A stretch of DNA of 26,047 bases from a virus (Duplodnaviria > Caudoviricetes). Positions 23,562-26,047 of this stretch are shown one piece after another; position 1 is the stretch's first letter; the number at the start of each line of letters is the position of its first letter. The notes below the pieces were generated by a model, which worked only from the letters and a program-made list of their open reading frames with translations, was not told the origin of the DNA and searched no databases. The stretch covers positions 1 to 26,047 of the IMG/VR virus record IMGVR_UViG_3300038673_000278, one strand, 5' to 3'. The translations under genes and the position numbers were made by a program.

Positions 23562-24713
23562 CTAGTCCAGCAGCGCAGCCCAGCAGCGTGGACCCCACGT
23601 CACTCTGTCCATACTTGCTGTTGACTTACTAACCAGGCCGGCATCTTTTAAGAAGCTTAAGGCAGCAGTCTGTGTAGCTGGTCCGAACTTACCATCTGGT
23701 CCCCACATACCTACTGAGTAGCCTTTAGCTATCAGACCAGCCTGCATGTCTTTTACAGCCTCGCCAGAATCGCCGGCGCGCAGCATTGGTCTTTCTTTTG
23801 GGCTACCTACTTTACGAACATACTTATCGCTTAAGCTAGACCAACCGAACTGATGCTTGCCCCATCCATTCTTCTCCTCAGTAACGCGGAGCGTATCACC
23901 TCGCTTAACCAGACGCAGCTTATTGTTACTTGTTCCAGGTCCTGTCCTAACCCACAGTTCATTGCATGTAACGATATACTCATCTACCTGTGGAGGCTTC
24001 GGCGCGGGGACCAGGCTATTCACTTTTACAATACCTTCGGTGCAGAAGATATTATTTATGCTTGACCAGCCTTTTTCATGCTTGCCCCAGGTACCATCTA
24101 CATCGGTAACCGTAATGACATCACCATACTTAAGAGTATCTACTATGTCATAATCGGTGCTTGGGCCGCTGCGAACATTAAGCTCTGAACACGTAACTGT
24201 GAAGGTCTTTGTAGCTACTTCATACTCTACAAACGGATTGTAGAAATAATGCGTCCAAGGACCAGCCTCTACTGGGCGATCTACTACTCCATAGTCTCCG
24301 CCGCGCGACTCTCTGACAATTCCTCCACCAATATAGAAGCCAATGTGTCCACTCTTGTACACCGCGACGCCGGGCACATCAGGCAACTCACTGATAGGAC
24401 CCCACTTCATTCCCTCACGTTTTGCTTTCTCAAAAAGCATCTCCTGATTTAGATCCGTTTTTGGATCGTAGACAGGCTCTCCATTAGGCTGTAGCCAGCG
24501 GGCATACTTGTCAATGCCTACACAGTCCAGTACTCTACCTTTGATCCACAGACCATAAGCGTTTGCATGACGTGTATACCAGTCAGGGTACTGTCTTGAT
24601 TTCTGATCCCACAATGTCTTAGAAGCCCTCTGGCCAAAGGTACCCATCCAGTACCCAAACCCGGCTGTCTTATGAACATTAGAGAGATAGTCAGCAACTT
24701 TAATCTTAGCCAT
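23562..24713 (-). CDS. Endolysin: NlpC/P60-type peptidase + two SH3b domains + peptidoglycan-binding domain
   Basis: LDCVG and GHIGFYIGGG catalytic motifs; LNVRSGPST and LWVRTGPGT SH3 repeats; LRAGDSGEAVKDMQ...DGKFGPAT PG-binding domain. Confidence 0.92.
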   Translation of the reverse strand: MAKIKVADYLSNVHKTAGFGYWMGTFGQRASKTLWDQKSRQYPDWYTRHANAYGLWIKGRVLDCVGIDKYARWLQPNGEPVYDPKTDLNQEMLFEKAKREGMKWGPISELPDVPGVAVYKSGHIGFYIGGGIVRESRGGDYGVVDRPVEAGPWTHYFYNPFVEYEVATKTFTVTCSELNVRSGPSTDYDIVDTLKYGDVITVTDVDGTWGKHEKGWSSINNIFCTEGIVKVNSLVPAPKPPQVDEYIVTCNELWVRTGPGTSNNKLRLVKRGDTLRVTEEKNGWGKHQFGWSSLSDKYVRKVGSPKERPMLRAGDSGEAVKDMQAGLIAKGYSVGMWGPDGKFGPATQTAALSFLKDAGLVSKSTASMDRVTWGPRCWAALLD

Positions 24714-24730
24714 CTTTTTTCTCCTTTCGG

Positions 24731-26047
24731 TTATCTTTTATCTGGACTACTTATGTAGTTCAAAACTTTAGCTACTCTGTTCATGTGTCCTAGTCTACTG
24801 TAATATCTTTCTACTGTGTCTACTGTGGACGTTATAGTAAACTGTGTGAAGCAGCCGTTGTTACCATATACCTGCTGTATGTCTATCACGCGTCCCTTGA
24901 CAGTAGGCTTTTCTCCGCCACTCACTTCTACTCGATCATTTATTTGCATAGCTGGCCGCAGTCCAGTTGTATACGTCTCTACTGTCCCTGCTCCCTGCAG
25001 CGCCGCGACTAGTCTATTGCGTAGCGCTTCCATATCACCTTGGGTCATAGAGTCATGCACTTCTTTATAAAAAGTCATATTTTCTAGCGAAGCCCATTTT
25101 GCTTGCGGAACTACACCATAGACACTCAGAGGTGAAGCGCCGCTGCGCCTGACACACACTTTAGTATAAACATCATGAGAACTTGTTTCTGATTCTCTTA
25201 GTATGACATCTTCTCCACGAACGAAAGAATAAGTAGTTGCAGGCAGTATAGTATTCAAATATGATGCAGTTCCTACTACTATATTGTTCTTTGCCCACTC
25301 AGTATCTACATATCTACTATACTTTTCACATAGCTCAGTAAGCCCCTCTAGTACGCTATCGTCTTGATCAAATGATACGTCAACAGTGACGCCGCTAGTG
25401 GCCTGTACAGTATATTTAGTTATGCCGAAGTTTTCTAATATGGCCTCTACTACTGTACTGAGTTCACCTGTATAGCTGTTTTGACTATCAAAGGTCTGGT
25501 TTAGCAGACGAATAGCCACATTGTTCTTTGCTTTTACAAATACTTTTTCACGCAGCTCATCAAAGCGTACGCTATCTATCATCAAGGATTGCCACGGCAC
25601 CTCAGCGCCATTAGCGCCTGCCTTGAAGTCTAGATCTACTATCGTACCAGGTGAAAACATTGAGTAGTTAGAATCTTTTAAGCGCGCCATCGCTCCAGGG
25701 CTCAAAGCTACTCTTGTGGCCACTATTGCATTATCTGGCTGTAGCTGCAACACAGCGTCTTCGGCAAAGGATGAGGCGTCCAGCCTATACTCATATACGA
25801 GCAGAACTACTTCGCCATCATGATATGCTACACCAAACAGTACATCATTGAAATGATGCTCTATGTCTAGCAGTGAATACCCGCTATCACTTAGCGTGGC
25901 CTCTGGCTCGCGAACTATGCCTTCCCATTCGCCAGATACTAGCTCTCCAGACAGCCCCTTTATTGTATTGCCCGCTGTATAGAAAGCTTGAGTCTGTAGA
26001 TCATAAAAGCTTGTGGTGTTGCCTGGCTGCGCCGCCGCGCTTATCTG
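24731..26047 (-). CDS. Tail/baseplate hub-like structural protein (5' truncated by the window edge)
   Basis: The frame stays open from 25753 to the window end (checked by hand). VYTKVCV and RPAMQINDRVEV...GRVIDIQQVY resemble XkdQ/gpD-type hubs; directly upstream of the lysis genes. Confidence 0.65.
   Translation of the reverse strand, partial: QISAAAQPGNTTSFYDLQTQAFYTAGNTIKGLSGELVSGEWEGIVREPEATLSDSGYSLLDIEHHFNDVLFGVAYHDGEVVLLVYEYRLDASSFAEDAVLQLQPDNAIVATRVALSPGAMARLKDSNYSMFSPGTIVDLDFKAGANGAEVPWQSLMIDSVRFDELREKVFVKAKNNVAIRLLNQTFDSQNSYTGELSTVVEAILENFGITKYTVQATSGVTVDVSFDQDDSVLEGLTELCEKYSRYVDTEWAKNNIVVGTASYLNTILPATTYSFVRGEDVILRESETSSHDVYTKVCVRRSGASPLSVYGVVPQAKWASLENMTFYKEVHDSMTQGDMEALRNRLVAALQGAGTVETYTTGLRPAMQINDRVEVSGGEKPTVKGRVIDIQQVYGNNGCFTQFTITSTVDTVERYYSRLGHMNRVAKVLNYISSPDKR

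Noticed and set aside
326-25070. All plus-strand ORFs in the track (e.g. 2141-2599, 14020-14427)
   Set aside because: Antisense shadows of well-supported minus-strand genes, with no recognisable motifs.

Overview
This 26 kb window is part of a tailed-phage genome, probably infecting a Firmicute (Clostridia-like). The host call rests on AGGAGG RBSs, SigA-type promoters, BhlA and LL-H holins and an SH3-containing endolysin. All credible genes lie on the minus strand. In transcription order (right to left): the 3' part of a tail/baseplate-hub gene; a lysis cassette (NlpC/P60-SH3-SH3-PG-binding endolysin, two holins) and terminator; a ~550 bp non-coding region with two inverted arrays of 8-bp repeats around an AT-rich core (ori candidate); a strongly promoted unknown gene followed by a structured RNA region containing a D-stem-less tRNA/tmRNA-TLD-like element. 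Next is a replication module: SNF2 helicase, VRR-NUC, sigma factor, ATP-dependent ligase, decayed NUMOD homing endonuclease, RNase HI, putative SSB, DnaG-type primase fused to an MCM-type helicase, and YqaJ exonuclease. Then a pyrimidine cluster (dimeric dUTPase, divergent ThyX, dNMP kinase, dCMP deaminase), a family A DNA polymerase with atypical motifs, YhaM, many small Zn-finger ORFs and a membrane-anchored SleB-like hydrolase. The best candidates for new biology are the tRNA-like RNA, the TOPRIM-MCM-PolA hybrid replisome, and a possible ThyX-fold base-modification pathway. All calls come from motif recognition by eye; no searches were run.
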